Shown: positions 16,492-17,244 of the stretch, one piece after another | How the letters are laid out: each line of letters starts with the position of its first letter | How positions within the stretch are numbered: position 1 is the first letter of the stretch | Assembly: GCA_034440375.1 (NCBI GenBank) | Contig: JAWXBZ010000054.1 | Coordinates: 1-17,244, forward strand | Direction: 5' to 3' | Length of the DNA stretch: 17,244 nucleotides | From: Candidatus Eiseniibacteriota bacterium | GTDB taxonomy: Bacteria > Eisenbacteria > RBG-16-71-46 > JABDJR01 > JAWXBZ01 | Notes under the pieces: generated by a model | What the model saw: only the letters and a program-made list of their open reading frames with translations | The model's database searches: none | Told to the model about the DNA's origin: nothing | Position numbers and translations under genes: made by a program

Positions 16492-17127
16492 TCAGCGAAA
16501 GCGGCGGATCAGCCCGGTGACGATTCCCTGGATCTGGAGTTCACCCGGGTCCGGCACCGGAATTGGGTCCATCGTCGGATTCTCGGGGAGGAGCCGGATG
16601 CGCGTGCCCTTCTTCTCGAAGCGCTTGACCGTGGCTTCATCGCCCAGGAGCGCCACGACGATGTCGCCGTTTTCGGCGGTTGGTTGCGGCTTCACGACGA
16701 TGTAATCGCCGGGGAGAATGTGGGCCCCGATCATGCTTTCTCCCTGGACTTCGAGCAGGAACGAGCCATCGCTTTTCACGAAGGTTGAGTCGACCGAGAT
16801 GCGATCGATGATGTTTTCGATGGCGGTGGTGGGCGTACCGGCGGCGATGCGGCCGACCAGCGGCAGGATATGAGGCACCCGCGGACGAACGCCCGCCCAG
16901 GCGGCCGGGGCCGAATCAGTGAGCCGAATACCACGGGCCCGACCCTCCTCCAGCATGATGGAACCCTTTCGCTGCAAGGCGATCAGGTGATCGCTGGCCG
17001 CGCGGGTGGAGGCCATGCCGAAGTGCTGACAGATTTCACGGAGCGTCGGCGGGAAGCCGCTCATCTCGATGAATTCCCTCAGGAAGCTCAGAATTTCGTT
17101 TTGACGCTGGGTGAGTCCGCGTGCCAT
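16492..17127 (-). CDS. lexA: SOS-response repressor LexA
   Basis: N-terminal wHTH (LTQRQNEIL.F...GFPPTLREI...HL.AL.RKG), Ala-Gly cleavage site (GRIAAGTP), catalytic Ser (GESM) and Lys (EATVKR), L.PENP. GGAGG RBS before ATG 17127. Confidence 0.96.
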   Translation of the reverse strand: MARGLTQRQNEILSFLREFIEMSGFPPTLREICQHFGMASTRAASDHLIALQRKGSIMLEEGRARGIRLTDSAPAAWAGVRPRVPHILPLVGRIAAGTPTTAIENIIDRISVDSTFVKSDGSFLLEVQGESMIGAHILPGDYIVVKPQPTAENGDIVVALLGDEATVKRFEKKGTRIRLLPENPTMDPIPVPDPGELQIQGIVTGLIRRFR

Positions 17128-17179
17128 TTATTCCTCCGATGGACGGGCCTGACCTGGAGTCCGATGCTGCGGACCGGTC

Positions 17180-17230
17180 GTTCTACGAACCATAAGTGCC
17201 CGTCTGGCGCGAATCGTTCGATTCGGCTTC
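17180..17230. promoter_or_regulatory. lexA promoter region with candidate autoregulatory boxes (GTTC-N3-GAAC; CGAATCG-TT-CGATTCG)
   Basis: Inverted repeat GTTC-tac-GAAC at 17180-17190 overlaps a minus-strand -10-like TATGGT (17194-17189). A second inverted repeat with perfect 7-bp arms lies at 17210-17225. Confidence 0.45.
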
Positions 17231-17244
17231 CGACGCGGCGGCCC

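Overview
This is a GC-rich bacterial chromosomal window (roughly mid-60s %GC by eye) with dense, intact genes and no recognisable mobile element, CRISPR array or pseudogene. Left end, minus strand: a purine/ureide catabolic operon, allantoinase (allB) > allantoicase fused to a C-terminal OHCU decarboxylase > 5-hydroxyisourate hydrolase (uraH, truncated at the window edge and absent from the ORF track). Plus strand, in order: a secreted M28 PA-domain peptidase; a tightly packed unit of SPFH/Band-7 protein > Arc-like ribbon-helix-helix (RHH) protein > large DUF2723/TMEM260-like membrane glycosyltransferase > exported histidine phosphatase; an RhlE-like DEAD-box helicase; fumC; an orphan Rieske oxygenase alpha subunit; a DUF5916-type outer-membrane protein; and a non-heme ferritin. 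Right end, minus strand: tRNA-Glu(TTC) with a near-consensus sigma70 promoter, and lexA. The best candidate for an undescribed system is the SPFH-RHH-TMEM260-like unit, preceded by a TGATATCA-N3-TGACACCA repeat that overlaps an extended -10. Other leads are non-canonical candidate LexA boxes, a bistable RNA leader covering the ferritin RBS and start codon, and an ECF-type promoter plus structured leader before the DUF5916 gene. All family calls come from motif recognition by eye; no searches were run.
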